Below are positions 19,346 to 29,178 of a DNA stretch of 64,000 bases, in pieces. Made by a program: the position numbers and the translations under genes. Where the stretch lies: the NCBI RefSeq assembly GCF_965227415.1, contig NZ_OZ245749.1, positions 155,653 to 219,652 of the forward strand, written 5' to 3'. Within the stretch, counting starts at the first letter, position 1. Each line of letters opens with the position of its first letter. This stretch comes from Sphingopyxis sp. Its GTDB lineage: Bacteria > Pseudomonadota > Alphaproteobacteria > Sphingomonadales > Sphingomonadaceae. The notes beneath the pieces were generated by a model, which had not been told where the DNA came from, made no database searches, and worked only from the letters and a program-made list of their open reading frames with translations.

Positions 19346-19690
19346 ACGGCGGCGGCCAATTTGCTCTGGTTGGTGACACGCCTCGAAGAGGAGACCCGGA
19401 TCGGCAAGGGCGGGACCCTGGCGGCGCAGCTGTCGCGGCTCGACCTGATCGTGCTCGACGAGCTTGGATATCTGCCGTTCGCACGCTCGGGAGGGCAGTT
19501 GCTGTTCCACCTCATCAGCAAGCTTTATGAGCGCACCAGCGTCATCATCACCACGAACCTCGCGTTCGGCGAGTGGCCTACCGTCTTCGGCGATCCCAAG
19601 ATGACCACGGCGCTGCTCGACCGCGTCACCCACCACTGCGATATCGTCGAGACGGGCAACGATAGCTGGCGCTTCAAAAACCGCAGCTGA
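19346..19690 (+). pseudogene. istB: istB (IS21 helper ATPase) C-terminal fragment
   Basis: [14 protein letters not shown]...[62 protein letters not shown] matches IstB Walker B through the C-terminus. An in-frame TAG sits at 19343-19345, and the Walker A region is missing. Confidence 0.85.
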
Positions 19691-19720
19691 CCGCCACCTT
19701 CGCCGCCTTCAAAAATCTAT

Positions 19721-19779
19721 CTTGCGCTGCGTGCGCCTCCGGTCGGGCTACGCCCGACCTCCGCCGCACGCAGCGCAAG
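19721..19779. repeat. Long imperfect hairpin inside the IS21 terminus
   Basis: CTTGCGCTGCGTG...GGTCGGGC tac GCCCGACC...CACGCAGCGCAAG. The outer 13 bp and inner 8 bp pair perfectly around a 7-nt internal bubble. Confidence 0.6.
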
Positions 19780-19864
19780 GCTCACCTCAACAAACCCCCA
19801 TCATATCCGCAAGGGGGTCCTTCTTCGACGCCGATCGGGGGTCCCGTTTGAACGCCGTTTGACA

Positions 19865-19954
19865 CTCGCGGGTAAGGCCGCCGGCGAGGATATTGTCCAA
19901 GCCCTCGATTCCGGTTGAGGCGACGGCCCGTTGGTCGATAGTCTGGCTGGTCAA
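19865..19954 (-). pseudogene. KaiC/RadA-like ATPase gene, first 30 codons only (cut by the IS21 end)
   Basis: The minus strand reads AGGGAG-N6-TTG then TSQTIDQRAVASTGIEGLDNILAGGLTRE. STGIxGLDxILxGGL is the conserved N-terminal motif of KaiC-like ATPases. The frame stops at the IS terminus (19864). Confidence 0.55.
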
Positions 19955-20096
19955 TTTCCGCTCCCTAATGGTTTATCTCTAATGCACATGGCGGGATCGG
20001 GTTGCCGGAGGCAAGTCCGGGGAGAGTCATTTGGGCGTAATCCCGGACGGTTGCCGTGGAAAAAACGGACTGCACGCCAGTCAGAAAATCAGCAAA

Positions 20097-20447
20097 TCAA
20101 GCCTGCAACGCGCGGAGGCCCTCCTCGATTTTTTCAAAGTTGAACGGTTTCATGAGGACAGGCCTGCCTTCATAGATCGGCGTAGCAGGCTGAACGAACC
20201 CTCCCGTACACACGAGAAACGATATCTGCTTTTTGTAAAGGGCTTCGGCGATAGGCTCGCTTTTCTCGCTACCGGCGAGATGAAGGTCGACAAATGCTGC
20301 GTCGATTTGAAGATCGGCAATTGCCGCAAGGGCAGATGCCACATCTTCAACCACCGCAACCGTCTTGCGCCCGAGGAGATCCAGATAGTCCTCCAGCATC
20401 ATCGCCACGAGAGGATCGTCCTCGACGACCAGAATATTGACGAGCAT
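20097..20447 (-). CDS. Single-domain response regulator (CheY-like receiver)
   Basis: ILVVEDDPLV, the acceptor Asp in AAFVDLHL, and T in VCTGG and K in LMKPF are all in the expected positions. Confidence 0.85.
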   Translation of the reverse strand: MLVNILVVEDDPLVAMMLEDYLDLLGRKTVAVVEDVASALAAIADLQIDAAFVDLHLAGSEKSEPIAEALYKKQISFLVCTGGFVQPATPIYEGRPVLMKPFNFEKIEEGLRALQA

Positions 20448-20613
20448 CGGGCCCCTCCGGGTTGATGAAATCGGCGGTCAGGCGCGCACAAGATCGGACA
20501 ACGGCCCGCTCTTCGATATGTTCCACGGCACGTGCAACGCTCACGCCGACGCGACGAACGAGTCCCAAGTCTGTGGCCGTCCTGCCGCGTCAAGATCGAA
20601 ATATCAGGGTGTT

Positions 20614-20871
20614 TCAATTGTTGGGGCTGAAGCAGGTCGTGCTGTTGCTGAGATAGTCACGCACCGCATCGTGGCTCGGTCCAACCACTGCTACCGCGAT
20701 CAGGATCCGCGGATGATGCACGCCTAATATGCGGACCCAGGCAAGCATCGCCTTCGGGTCGCTCCGGTTAATCAAGCCATCGTCCGGGAGTCCTGTATTC
20801 ATGATCGCGGTCCTCGTTCCGTGCACATCGGCAAGGCGATGGAAAGTCGCTTCGGGGATTGGAATGGTCAT
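20614..20871 (-). CDS. Hypothetical protein (85 aa), translationally coupled to the DUF1543 gene
   Basis: The ATG overlaps the upstream stop (tcat 20868-20871 = ATGA). I recognise no motif, so this is called only from the coupling and an open frame. Confidence 0.45.
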   Translation of the reverse strand: MTIPIPEATFHRLADVHGTRTAIMNTGLPDDGLINRSDPKAMLAWVRILGVHHPRILIAVAVVGPSHDAVRDYLSNSTTCFSPNN

Positions 20872-21386
20872 GCCGCAGATCTCACGCGTATCGGCGTATA
20901 ATCGCACGTGAACATGAGATCCTTGCGGGTTTGGCTAGGTACAAGATGCACATGCAGTCGCTGCGGGCCGCCACTGTCGCTGAGGGCGATTGCTTGCTCG
21001 GCCTCATAAATATCGTCGCGGTGCGGCTCGCGCCAATCGGCCGCGCTCTTGAGGGCGCGAGCCTTGGCCTTGGGCAGGCTGTCGGCCACAACGAAGATAT
21101 TCTTGTGCTTCTCGAGAAACTCGCCCTCGGCGTAGCCGCCCAGATTGACATAGTAGAGGCGCTCGGGTCCGGCGAAGGGCTCGGGCCGGAGAGTTACGTC
21201 ATGGCCGTCGACCTGGTCGATCTCTGCCCAGCAGTCGATATGGAGGCTGTCGGGAATGCCCCACCATTGGCGGCGAAGCTCGTCGTAGGTCTCGGTGATC
21301 GAAGGCGCGACGACAAAACGCATGTCATGGAGTTCGATGTTGGCGCCTTCGATCTCGCCGCCGATGTAGATTGCAAAAAGCTTCAT
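20868..21386 (-). CDS. DUF1543 domain protein
   Basis: MKLFAIYIGGEIEGANIELHDMRFVVA...SLHIDCW resembles the DUF1543 family as I remember it. ATGA overlaps occur at both ends. Confidence 0.7.
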   Translation of the reverse strand: MKLFAIYIGGEIEGANIELHDMRFVVAPSITETYDELRRQWWGIPDSLHIDCWAEIDQVDGHDVTLRPEPFAGPERLYYVNLGGYAEGEFLEKHKNIFVVADSLPKAKARALKSAADWREPHRDDIYEAEQAIALSDSGGPQRLHVHLVPSQTRKDLMFTCDYTPIRVRSAA

Positions 21387-23053
21387 GCGGCAATCTCCCC
21401 TTCGTCATTGGCGGGAGCCGGAGGCGTAGCGCGCAAAAGCGCCATTGCGAGCTGTTCGGCAACAACGAGGCCCATCTCGTGCGAGCTGGTGATGCCTTGA
21501 ATGAAAGGGTGCCTTCCCAGCAGAAAGGGAAGGCTGAGGCAGAAGAGCTGATCTTCTGGAATGGCGTCTGAGACCGGATGGAATTGGTCGTCGATTGCGA
21601 TCCCGCGCGAAGCGCCCGCCGGCGCGCCGGGCTGTGCGTCGCGCACGATGCCTTGCTGCAGGAGCGAGGGGAAGGGAAAGCTCTTCGCCTGCAGCGGCCG
21701 CTGCCCGGTCGCTTCGATGAAAATCGGGAAGGCGTGACGCTTGCTCATTGCGGTGACGACCGCCCCGCCTTCGGGCCGATGGCTGTCGATCCGATAATCG
21801 TCCCCGATAGCAAGCACGTCGAGCTTTCCGGCCCGATGCAGCGCCAGCATACGCCGGATCGATTCATGCGGGACGGTGGCATAATCGTCGACGAAAACCG
21901 GTTTGAAATGCTTGGCGAAGCGCCGATATTCCTCGGCGTCGAGGTGCGGCACGATCAGCGCCAGAACCTCGTGCATGCGCAGAATGGCATAACGCCAGGG
22001 TACCGTATGCTCGCGCTCGTAATTCCATCGCGCTTCGGCCAGGTTGGTTTCTGCCCATTCGAAGGGGTCCACGTCGGCGCGTTCGGCAAAGTAACGCTCG
22101 CAAAAATCCTCCAGTTCGAGATTGGCGAGGTCCGTTCTGGCCGCATAATCCGGATCCGCGGCAATGAGCTCCTGCTTGAACAGCGCGAAGGCGGGGTCGA
22201 GCAGCAGCCCGTCGGCAGCGATCAAGGCCTCCATCGCTTCGGGCGTACAGATCGATAGCGGCTCATAGGGCAGCGGCGCGAAAAAGTCTGCCTCGGGAAG
22301 CAGCCCCTTTCGCGACATCATCGTCATGTGGAACTCGTCTGTGCCGGGCGCGGGCTCATAGATGAGCTGATCCTCGCCATCTTCGGTGAATTCACCGTGT
22401 GACACCGCAAGCGCCACAGCCGCATCGATCGCGCTCAGGGACGTTCCCCGAATTCCGATCTGTGTCGGTGCAATGTCCGCCAGCGCCGACGCAGGCCAAG
22501 GACTGAGATAATAGCCCGGACGCGCTTGCGGATCCTCGGGCCATTGGTGCCCGGTCGCCAGCACGACATGGTCGAAGCGCGCCTCGCTGAGCGCGCCGGA
22601 CCGGGCGCGGACGATGAGTTTCATCGCGGTCTGTTCGCTGATCGCATCTACGATGCGGCAACGTGTCCTGACATCGACCGAAATGCCGCGGGCTTTTGCC
22701 CGGTCGAGGACGGCGTGAAACTGGTCTGTGAAAAAATCGCCGAGCGCGAGGCGCGGATAAAAGGTCCGTTCGCCAATCTCGTCAGGATCGATTCCGAGGG
22801 CCAGTAGGCGGCTGGCCGGCTGGGCCCGTAGCCAGTCGATCAGCGTCATCTCCAGCGCCGGAATCTCGATGCTGGCGATGTTGGAGAGCATCGCCGGATC
22901 GTTCCAGCCGGGGCGATAGGGCGTGCCGCGCCCCGCAGTTGGTTGCTCTTCGAAGATGGTGAGCGAAAAGGGCGCGGTGCTCCGATCGAGTAGAGCATGC
23001 AGCGTGTAGATAGTGGTCGGGCCGGCGCCGACAAATGCGATCGATCTGGTCAT
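21383..23053 (-). CDS. FAD/NAD(P)-binding protein (YdhS-like, uncharacterised family)
   Basis: N-terminal Rossmann motif IAFVGAGPTTIY, then HVVLATGH and IGIRGTSLSAIDA. Start chosen at the Met (23053) just before the GxGxxG; the upstream ATG at 23104 is an alternative. Confidence 0.75.
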   Translation of the reverse strand: MTRSIAFVGAGPTTIYTLHALLDRSTAPFSLTIFEEQPTAGRGTPYRPGWNDPAMLSNIASIEIPALEMTLIDWLRAQPASRLLALGIDPDEIGERTFYPRLALGDFFTDQFHAVLDRAKARGISVDVRTRCRIVDAISEQTAMKLIVRARSGALSEARFDHVVLATGHQWPEDPQARPGYYLSPWPASALADIAPTQIGIRGTSLSAIDAAVALAVSHGEFTEDGEDQLIYEPAPGTDEFHMTMMSRKGLLPEADFFAPLPYEPLSICTPEAMEALIAADGLLLDPAFALFKQELIAADPDYAARTDLANLELEDFCERYFAERADVDPFEWAETNLAEARWNYEREHTVPWRYAILRMHEVLALIVPHLDAEEYRRFAKHFKPVFVDDYATVPHESIRRMLALHRAGKLDVLAIGDDYRIDSHRPEGGAVVTAMSKRHAFPIFIEATGQRPLQAKSFPFPSLLQQGIVRDAQPGAPAGASRGIAIDDQFHPVSDAIPEDQLFCLSLPFLLGRHPFIQGITSSHEMGLVVAEQLAMALLRATPPAPANDEGEIAA

Positions 23054-23395
23054 CGCACTATAATGCGCCGCGCGCAGAAAGGGTGCGCGAATAATGACCA
23101 GCATAGATCATATTTTACGACTGTTGCGGGTCGATCCCAGCTCAAGCGGAGTGTTCGAAGAGCGAGCGGAAACGGATTGTCTTGGCGGACCGCAACAGCT
23201 GCTAACGACCTGGGTTCTCGAGGTTGAGGTCTGTTGCAGGCCTCTTGGGCGGCCCCACGTGACTTGCGCAAGACGGAACCAATGCCGCCCAGACTTGTTC
23301 TATTTCCGGACGCACTGCGGTCCGCAGCACGTCCCAAAAATCATCGACTCATTGGGTGAGGCCTTCTGTCGCTTCAACTTGGAAGGTATACGCCT

Positions 23396-25666
23396 GTGTA
23401 CGAAGCTCCCGATCGCACGTCGTTCGACGAAGGCCTGGAAGCCTGTCAATCGCTTGGCCTCGGCGGAACTGATCCGGTCCGCCTCGCGCTGATCGGCGGT
23501 TTCCTTCCCCGGCGCTGCGGGATCGCGACCTTTACCGCCGATATATTCGCTTCGCTTCGAAACGCGGCGCCGGATCTTGCGGTCGATGTTTATGCTATGG
23601 CGCCTGCCGGGGTACAGACGGTTTTCGATCCTGTCGTGCGCGCATCGATCACCGAAGGCGTTGCCGCCAGCTTTATCGAGACAGCGAAGGCGATAGACGC
23701 GAGTTGCGCCGACGTGGTTTGGCTTCAGCACGAATTTGGGCTGTATGGCGGGCCGGGGGGAGATATGGTTCTCGAACTGGTCGACCGTCTTGCCGCGCCG
23801 CTGATTATCACGTTTCACACCGTTCTTGCCAAACCCGACGAAGACCAGCGGCGTGTAATGGACCGCCTGATCGCACGCGCCAGCAAGCTCGTCGTGATGT
23901 CCGAACGCTCTCGCGACCTTCTGCGCAACATCTATCGCGCCGACGAAGACCAAATCTCGCTCATCGCGCATGGCGTCCCTGACCGGCCGTTTGGCCGCGC
24001 GCTGCGGTTCAAGCCGAAGTTCGGATTCGAGGGCAAACAGGTCGCATTGACCTTTGGGCTCTTGTCGCCGGGCAAGGGGATAGAGGCGGTCATCGAGGCA
24101 TTGCCTTCGATCGTCCAAGATCACCCCGACTTCCTCTATTGTATCGCGGGAGCCACGCATCCCAATCTGCTGGCCCATGAAGGCGAAGCCTATCGAGACC
24201 GGCTTCAGGCGCTGGCCGTGTCGCTCGGGGTCGATGCGCATGTCCGGTGGATCAATGCGTTCATGGACACGGACGATCTGCTCGATCTTCTCGAGGCGGC
24301 CGACATCTATGTGACGCCTTATACCGGTGCGCAGCAATCGACGTCGGGCACGCTGTCCTACGCGATGGCGCTGGGCAAGGCCGTGATATCGACGCCCTAT
24401 GTTCACGCCGTCGAACTGCTCGCCGAAGATCATGGCGTACTGGTACCCTTCAACGACAGCAAGGCGATCGCAAACGAGATTGGCTACCTGCTCCGTCATC
24501 CCGATCGGCTGCTCACGCTGCAGCAGCGCGCCTATGACCGCAGTCGCGACCTGATCTGGCCGGTGTTCGCGGAGAGAACCTGCGCGCTGATAAGCGAGAG
24601 CCGCGTCGTGCGGAAATCAGCGCCCATTCCCGACCGGATAGGCATCGACGGGTTTCTTCGCATTTGTGACGATACCGGGATCCTCCAGCACAGCGTTCAT
24701 ATGGTCCCCGATCGCGCGCACGGCTATTGTGTCGACGACAATGCGCGCGCGCTGATGCTGATGCACCGGCTGGACGACAATGCGCTCGCTAGGTGCGGAC
24801 AATTGACCTCGGTGTTTGCGGGTTTCGTTCAGCATGCCTGGAACCCCGACCGCGGCGAATTTCGCAACTTCATGGGCTTCGCGCGCAACTGGCTCGAGGA
24901 TGTAGGATCCGAGGATAGCTGCGGGCGCACCCTCTGGGCGCTCGGCGCGACGGCCCGCGACGCACGTGACGCCGGTCTCCGGCAATGGGCGCATGAGCTG
25001 TTCGAGCGTACTGCTGCATCCGCTCTGGATTTCCAGTCGCCGCGTGCCATCGCCTTTGCGATGATGGGCGCCGACTTCGTGCTCGCGACCCATCCCGACC
25101 AGGACCTGGCGAACCGGATATTGCGCAGCGGCGCCGACCGGCTGATTGCGCTCTACGAAGTCGCGGCGCGGCCAGACTGGCGATGGTTCGAGCCGGTGCT
25201 CGCCTATGACAATTGCCGAGTGCCAGAAGCGATGTTGCGCGCGGGCGTGCGGCTGGAGCGTTCCGACGTCATCGCGTGCGGAGTTGATACGCTGCGGTGG
25301 ATCAACAATGCGCAGATCTCGCCCGCCGGTCATTATCGCCCCGTCGGTTCCGACAGCTTCGGTCGTGCCTACGAACCGCCGCGCCCCTTCGATCAGCAGC
25401 CGCTCGAAATCTGGGCCGCCATCGACGCGGCTTCGGCGGCTTACGACGTAACCGGCGACGACATCTGGCTCACGCATGCGCGGCGGGCTTATGAATGGTT
25501 CGGCGGGTGCAACGACCGCGGCGTGATCGTCGGCGATGCGGTCACGGGCACGAGCAAAGACGGCATAAATCCGCGTGGGCTGAATCTGAATGAGGGCGCG
25601 GAGTCGGTTCTCGCCTATCAACACGCGACCTATGCCATTCGGGATTTTGTCCGGAAGGTCGGCTGA
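23396..25666 (+). CDS. Glycosyltransferase family 4 fused to a C-terminal alpha-helical (six-hairpin-like) domain
   Basis: The N-terminal 400 aa have a GT4/GT-B pattern (GIATFT...VWLQHEFGLYGG...FGLLSPGKGIE...YVTPY...SGTLSYAMALGKAVISTP). About 350 further residues are helix-rich. GTG start follows GGAAGG. Confidence 0.8.
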   Translation: MYEAPDRTSFDEGLEACQSLGLGGTDPVRLALIGGFLPRRCGIATFTADIFASLRNAAPDLAVDVYAMAPAGVQTVFDPVVRASITEGVAASFIETAKAIDASCADVVWLQHEFGLYGGPGGDMVLELVDRLAAPLIITFHTVLAKPDEDQRRVMDRLIARASKLVVMSERSRDLLRNIYRADEDQISLIAHGVPDRPFGRALRFKPKFGFEGKQVALTFGLLSPGKGIEAVIEALPSIVQDHPDFLYCIAGATHPNLLAHEGEAYRDRLQALAVSLGVDAHVRWINAFMDTDDLLDLLEAADIYVTPYTGAQQSTSGTLSYAMALGKAVISTPYVHAVELLAEDHGVLVPFNDSKAIANEIGYLLRHPDRLLTLQQRAYDRSRDLIWPVFAERTCALISESRVVRKSAPIPDRIGIDGFLRICDDTGILQHSVHMVPDRAHGYCVDDNARALMLMHRLDDNALARCGQLTSVFAGFVQHAWNPDRGEFRNFMGFARNWLEDVGSEDSCGRTLWALGATARDARDAGLRQWAHELFERTAASALDFQSPRAIAFAMMGADFVLATHPDQDLANRILRSGADRLIALYEVAARPDWRWFEPVLAYDNCRVPEAMLRAGVRLERSDVIACGVDTLRWINNAQISPAGHYRPVGSDSFGRAYEPPRPFDQQPLEIWAAIDAASAAYDVTGDDIWLTHARRAYEWFGGCNDRGVIVGDAVTGTSKDGINPRGLNLNEGAESVLAYQHATYAIRDFVRKVG

Positions 25667-25678
25667 GAGGACAAGGAT

Positions 25679-26959
25679 TTGCATCTGGTCCAGCATGAAC
25701 TGCGGTTGCACGCCGACCCGACACGCGTCGTCGTGCGGCCCTTCCATCTAGCATGGCAGGCGTCGGGTCCCGATCTTGAACGCGTGCAGCGGCTGGCGCG
25801 CGAGATCGTTTCCCTCAATCCACGGACGGTACGTGCGGAACTCGGGGTGGTGCTGCGGGACTTCGCTGACCGGCACTGGCAGATCGAGAAGGTGTTCGAG
25901 GATCGCTTCAATGAGATCGAACCCAAGCTCGGGCTCGAAGGCCTGACTCTCAGGCGCGAAACCCGTCTCCTGATCGGCGCCTATTTCTGTCATGAATATA
26001 GCTATGCCGCGGCGGCCTTGATGAACCCGAGCGTCGTGCGTCATCCGGATCAAAGCGGGCTGCAACAGGGGAGCATCCGCATCCTGCTTTCGCTGCGCGC
26101 GGTGGGCGAGGGACATATTTCGACGATAGCGTTTCGCGAAGGCATCATTACCCATGATCGCGAACTGACCTTGCTGCCCCAACCGGGTTTCGCCACGGCG
26201 GCGATGCTGGGCCCACACCGCGAAGACAAACCCGACGATGTCGTCTCGCTCTATCGCCAGAAGGATAGCACCCTGTCCGGGACGGTGATTTTCCCGATCA
26301 CCGAGGCCCAGCGAAACGGGCTCGAGGATCTGCGGTTGCTCGAGTTCGAGCGCGACAGCGGCAAGAGCGAGTGGATCGGCACCTACACGGCGTACAGCGG
26401 CCGCGACATCCAGTCCGAATTGCTACGCACGCGCGATTTCAAGGATTTCACACTGACGCCAATCAAGGGCGCCGCCGGGCGAAACAAAGGGATGGCACTG
26501 TTCCCGCGCAAGATCGACGGGCAGTTTTTGATGATTGGCCGCCAGGACGGTAAAAATCTGTATTTGCTGCGCTCCGACAAGATCGACGAGTGGGAGAGCG
26601 GCGGATTGCTGCTTGAACCGCGCTTCCCCTGGGAGCTGATCCAGATCGGCAATTGCGGCGCGCCGATCGAACTCGACGAAGGTTGGCTGGTGTTGACCCA
26701 TGGCGTCGGCGCGATGCGCAAATATGCGATCGGCGCCGTCCTACTCGACAAGGATGATCCATCGAAGGTGATCGGTCGGACTGCCAATCCGATCCTTTCG
26801 GCCGCGGACGAAGACCGCGAGGGCTATGTCCCCAATGTCGTCTACACCTGCGGCGCAATCCGCGTCGGTGACGATATATTCCTGCCCTATGGCGTCGCCG
26901 ACAGTTCGGTCTGCTTTGCGTTCGTCGCGATTTCGGAAATTCTGGCGGCGATGGATTAG
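25679..26959 (+). CDS. GH130-like (DUF377 beta-propeller) glycosidase/phosphorylase with N-terminal extension
   Basis: C-terminal 300 aa: NGLEDLRL...YTAYSG...NKGMALFPRKIDGQF...GAPIELDEGWLVLTHGVG...YAIGAVLLDKDDPSKV...YVPNVVYTCG, typical of GH130. TTG start follows GAGAGG. Confidence 0.75.
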   Translation: MHLVQHELRLHADPTRVVVRPFHLAWQASGPDLERVQRLAREIVSLNPRTVRAELGVVLRDFADRHWQIEKVFEDRFNEIEPKLGLEGLTLRRETRLLIGAYFCHEYSYAAAALMNPSVVRHPDQSGLQQGSIRILLSLRAVGEGHISTIAFREGIITHDRELTLLPQPGFATAAMLGPHREDKPDDVVSLYRQKDSTLSGTVIFPITEAQRNGLEDLRLLEFERDSGKSEWIGTYTAYSGRDIQSELLRTRDFKDFTLTPIKGAAGRNKGMALFPRKIDGQFLMIGRQDGKNLYLLRSDKIDEWESGGLLLEPRFPWELIQIGNCGAPIELDEGWLVLTHGVGAMRKYAIGAVLLDKDDPSKVIGRTANPILSAADEDREGYVPNVVYTCGAIRVGDDIFLPYGVADSSVCFAFVAISEILAAMD

Positions 26960-27027
26960 CGCTACGCAACATATGGCGATGCGGCGGATTATAAGATGGT
27001 CGCGTACCGCGGCTGAAGGAACGACCG

Positions 27028-29178
27028 ATGCCGAAAGCTCCGCCGCCGTCCCCCGCCACCGATCATGCGCTTCGCGAACACCAGCCCGGCGAAGGCCAGC
27101 CGAAGATCGCGGCGAACCGCGGGAACGGAGATGAGTTGCATCAGGACGTGGCGGCGAGCGGCAATCCGGCCGCTGCGTCATACCTGACCGATAATTTCGG
27201 CCACCGTATCTCGGACAACCAGAATTCGCTGCGCGCCGGTGAGCGTGGGCCGACGCTGCTTGAGGATTTCGTCCTTCGCGAGAAAATCTTCCACTTCGAT
27301 CATGAGCGCATCCCCGAGCGGATCGTTCACGCGCGCGGTTCGGGAGCGCACGGCGTGTTTGAATGCACCAAGGCAATCCCCGGACTGACCAAGGCGTCGA
27401 TCTTCCAGAAGGCTGGCGACTGCTGCCCCGTGTTCGTTCGCTTCTCGACCGTCGCGGGCGGCGCGGGGTCGGTCGATACCCCGCGCGACGTGCGCGGTTT
27501 CGCGGTCAAGCTCTACACCGACAGCGGCAATTGGGACCTCGTCGGCAATAATATCCCGGTCTTCTTCATCCAGGATGCGATGAAATTCCCCGATCTCGTT
27601 CACAGCGTGAAGATGGAGGCCGATCGCGGCTATCCGCAGGCGGCGAGCGCGCACGACACCTTCTGGGACTTCATTGGTCTGATGCCCGAGGCGATGCACA
27701 TGATCATGTGGGCGATGTCCGACCGCACGATTCCGCGCAGCCTGCGCATGATCGAAGGTTTCGGTGTCCACACGTTCCGCTTCGTCAACGAAAAGGGCGA
27801 CGGCAAATTCGTCAAATTCCACTGGAAGCCGGTTCTCGGCATCCAGTCGACGACATGGGACGAAGCGGTCAAGATCGCCGGCGCCGATCCCGATTTTCAC
27901 CGGCGCGACCTGTTCGAGGCGATCGACGCAGGCGACTTTCCGGCGTGGGATCTCGGCGTACAGGTGTTCGACGAGGCCTTCGCGGCGGAGCAGCCTTATG
28001 ACGTGCTCGACGCGACCAAGCTGATCCCCGAGGAGGATATCTCCGTCGAGATCGTCGGTCGAATGACACTGAACCGCAACGTCGATAACTTCTTTGCCGA
28101 GACTGAGCAGGTCGCCTTCCTGCCGTCGAACATCATCCCGGGCATCGATTTCAGTAACGATCCGCTGCTGCAGGGCCGGTTGTTCTCCTACCTCGACACG
28201 CAAAAGTCGCGGCTGGGTACGACCAATTTTCACCAGATCCCGATCAATGCGCCGAAATGCCCGTTCCACAATTTTCAGCGCGACGGGATGATGCAGACGC
28301 TCGTGCCGACCGGGCGTGCCAATTACGAACCCAACAGCCTTGCCGAAGCGGGCGAGAATGGCGGTCCGCGCGCCAGCACCGAAACGGGCTTCGCGACGTT
28401 CAGGACCAACGACGAGCGGAACGATCCTGCGCAGAAGCTGCGCATTCGCGCCGAACTCTTCTCGGATCATTTCAGTCAGGCACGGCTCTTTTATCTGTCG
28501 CAAACCGAGAATGAACAGGCGCATATCGCCTCGGCGCTGGTGTTCGAACTGTCGAAGGTCACGCTCGACCATGTCCGCGCGAGGGTCGTGGGCCAGCTTC
28601 GAAACATCGACGAGAATCTGGCGAAACGCGTTGCCGCCGGCCTCGCGATCGATCTGCCGGCAAAAGAAAAGGCCGCGCGTGCGCCGGTCGATCTCAAACC
28701 TTCCGACGCGCTGTCGATCCAGAAGAATGCCGACGACACGATGGAGGGCCGCAAGGTCGCGATCCTCTTCGCCGAAGGGTCGGACAAGGCGGCGATCGAA
28801 AAGCTGAAGGGAGATATCGAGGGCGCTGGCGGCACGGCTTTCCTCGTCGCGCCCAAGGTCGGCGGGATCAAGGTCAAGGGCGGCACGCTCAAGGCCGATG
28901 GGCAACTCGCGGGTTCGCCGTCGGTTCTGTTCGATGCGGTTGCCTCGATCCTGACCGACGAACAGGCTAAGGCGCTCTCGAAACAGGGCGCCGCAGTTCA
29001 GTGGTTCATGGACGCCTATGGGCATTGCAAGACGATCGCGCACGATGAGGCGACGCAGGTCTTGCTCGACAAGGCAGGAGTGGAGCCGGATGGCGGCGTC
29101 GTTGCGATCGACGGATTTGTCGATGTCGGCACGCGGCGCCACTGGGCCCGCGAGCCCAAGGTGCGCGATCTGGCTTAG
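27028..29178 (+). CDS. katE: Catalase HPII (large-subunit monofunctional catalase)
   Basis: [20 protein letters not shown] and RLFSYLDTQ motifs, about 716 aa, with a C-terminal DJ-1/flavodoxin-like domain. Confidence 0.92.
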   Translation: MPKAPPPSPATDHALREHQPGEGQPKIAANRGNGDELHQDVAASGNPAAASYLTDNFGHRISDNQNSLRAGERGPTLLEDFVLREKIFHFDHERIPERIVHARGSGAHGVFECTKAIPGLTKASIFQKAGDCCPVFVRFSTVAGGAGSVDTPRDVRGFAVKLYTDSGNWDLVGNNIPVFFIQDAMKFPDLVHSVKMEADRGYPQAASAHDTFWDFIGLMPEAMHMIMWAMSDRTIPRSLRMIEGFGVHTFRFVNEKGDGKFVKFHWKPVLGIQSTTWDEAVKIAGADPDFHRRDLFEAIDAGDFPAWDLGVQVFDEAFAAEQPYDVLDATKLIPEEDISVEIVGRMTLNRNVDNFFAETEQVAFLPSNIIPGIDFSNDPLLQGRLFSYLDTQKSRLGTTNFHQIPINAPKCPFHNFQRDGMMQTLVPTGRANYEPNSLAEAGENGGPRASTETGFATFRTNDERNDPAQKLRIRAELFSDHFSQARLFYLSQTENEQAHIASALVFELSKVTLDHVRARVVGQLRNIDENLAKRVAAGLAIDLPAKEKAARAPVDLKPSDALSIQKNADDTMEGRKVAILFAEGSDKAAIEKLKGDIEGAGGTAFLVAPKVGGIKVKGGTLKADGQLAGSPSVLFDAVASILTDEQAKALSKQGAAVQWFMDAYGHCKTIAHDEATQVLLDKAGVEPDGGVVAIDGFVDVGTRRHWAREPKVRDLA

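Larger units (their letters stand above)
19346..19864 (+). mobile_element. Truncated IS21-family element (3' end of istB plus right terminus only)
   Basis: An IstB C-terminal fragment is followed by about 170 bp of terminal sequence with repeated GGGGGTCC and ACGCCG motifs, ending ...CCGTTTGACA at 19864. No istA and no left end are present. Confidence 0.8.
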
